DNA of 64,000 bases from Tubiluchus corallicola (lineage: Eukaryota > Animalia > Priapulida). Of this stretch, positions 63,257 through 64,000 are shown in pieces. How positions within the stretch are numbered: the first letter of the stretch is position 1; each line of letters starts with the position of its first letter. Both the position numbers and the translations under genes were made by a program. Below the pieces are notes generated by a model that saw only the letters and a list, made by a program, of their open reading frames with translations, was not told where the DNA came from and did no database searches. Location of the stretch: contig JAQGDQ010000393.1 of the NCBI GenBank assembly GCA_030141605.1, forward strand, positions 124,001 to 188,000, written 5' to 3'.

Positions 63257-63364
63257 GATGAACCACTAGCCTGCTAAAAAGAATATATCTATGTAGCATG
63301 TATGCATATTATAATGATTATCAATTGGCGATTTGGATTATATTCGAATAATAAATTAACATTA

Positions 63365-64000
63365 AATTTGGTTTAAACATAATTTATTGAAGGTATAACA
63401 TATAGGTTTGCAACAGACAGTTTTACAACTGATATATGTTCTCCCCTAGTGGGAGCGAACGTTAGACAGATGCAGAACAATGGTGACCACAATGTACAAA
63501 AAATGTTACAATCAATATAAGCACTAATATGTAACAAGAATAACAAACTTAATACTATTTAAAGTGCTAGGTGTTTGAAATAAAAGACTGCACTAAAACA
63601 AAAATTCGAGTGTTCACAGAATTATCTAGGGTATGGTTCACTTGCAGGAACAAACATGCAAGTTCATTTGTTGCAAGACTGTAAACATTGATGTTAAAAG
63701 CTGAAAAAGAGTGCAGAGATTTGTAAAGAAGTCTGGCCTGATGGTAAAGAGGGCAGCTAATTAAGTAATGACCGATTGTTTCATAAGTAGAACCACATTG
63801 ACAATTGGGTGACACTAGCGATACATCATTTTTTACATTTTCCGAAGTACAAATCATATTTAAGTTGACAAAAACCAACTCTCATTCTAGTATGGTGTAC
63901 AGATGAATTTCGAGTAATACTTGAAAAGTAAGCAGGCCGCTTATTAAAACGCATGTGATTCTTTAGTCGAGATTTAAAGATGTTTAAAGAGTTAGAGTTG
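63365..64000 (-). mobile_element. CR1-clade LINE 3' fragment (frameshifted ORF2 C-terminus plus 3' UTR), runs off the window
   Basis: Minus strand: NSLNIFKSRLK..PAYFSSITRNSSVHHTRMRVGFCQLKYDL, then a frameshift, then SPNCQCGSTYETIGHYLISCPLYHQAR...FILVQSFISNT*. The 3' end is AATAAATTATGTTTAAACCAAA. Confidence 0.8.

Overview
AT-rich eukaryotic genomic DNA from an invertebrate animal (spliceosomal introns, standard code; the species cannot be named from sequence alone). There are no prokaryotic features and no CRISPR array. Four protein-coding genes could be reconstructed by hand with in-frame splice junctions. They are RELCH/KIAA1468 (minus, 2 exons, 1115 aa), metaxin-2 (plus, 8 coding exons, 262 aa, one probable GC-AG intron), an SH3BP5/SH3BP5L (REI-1/Parcas-type Rab11 GEF) gene (minus, 7 coding exons, 547 aa) and an intronless DUF4140+DUF4139 (F37C4.5/MuiA-like) gene (minus, 561 aa). 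The first ~22 kb has no recognisable coding exon but holds several clusters of regulatory-looking motifs. Intergenic DNA and introns contain many non-autonomous DNA transposons with visible termini and target-site duplications (three TTAA/Kolobok-like families, two 8-bp-TSD hAT-like families, three TA/Tc1-mariner-like families). They also contain CR1/L2-type LINE 3' remnants, tRNA-derived relics, a Penelope-like fragment with a decayed hammerhead core, and micro/minisatellites. The most notable points are the close linkage of a Rab11 GEF and a Rab11 effector, the near-complete intron loss of RELCH next to intron-conserving neighbours, a tRNA-Trp relic with a UGA-reading anticodon, and the bacterial-type DUF4139 gene. 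I found no clearly new multi-gene system; these are hypotheses to test.
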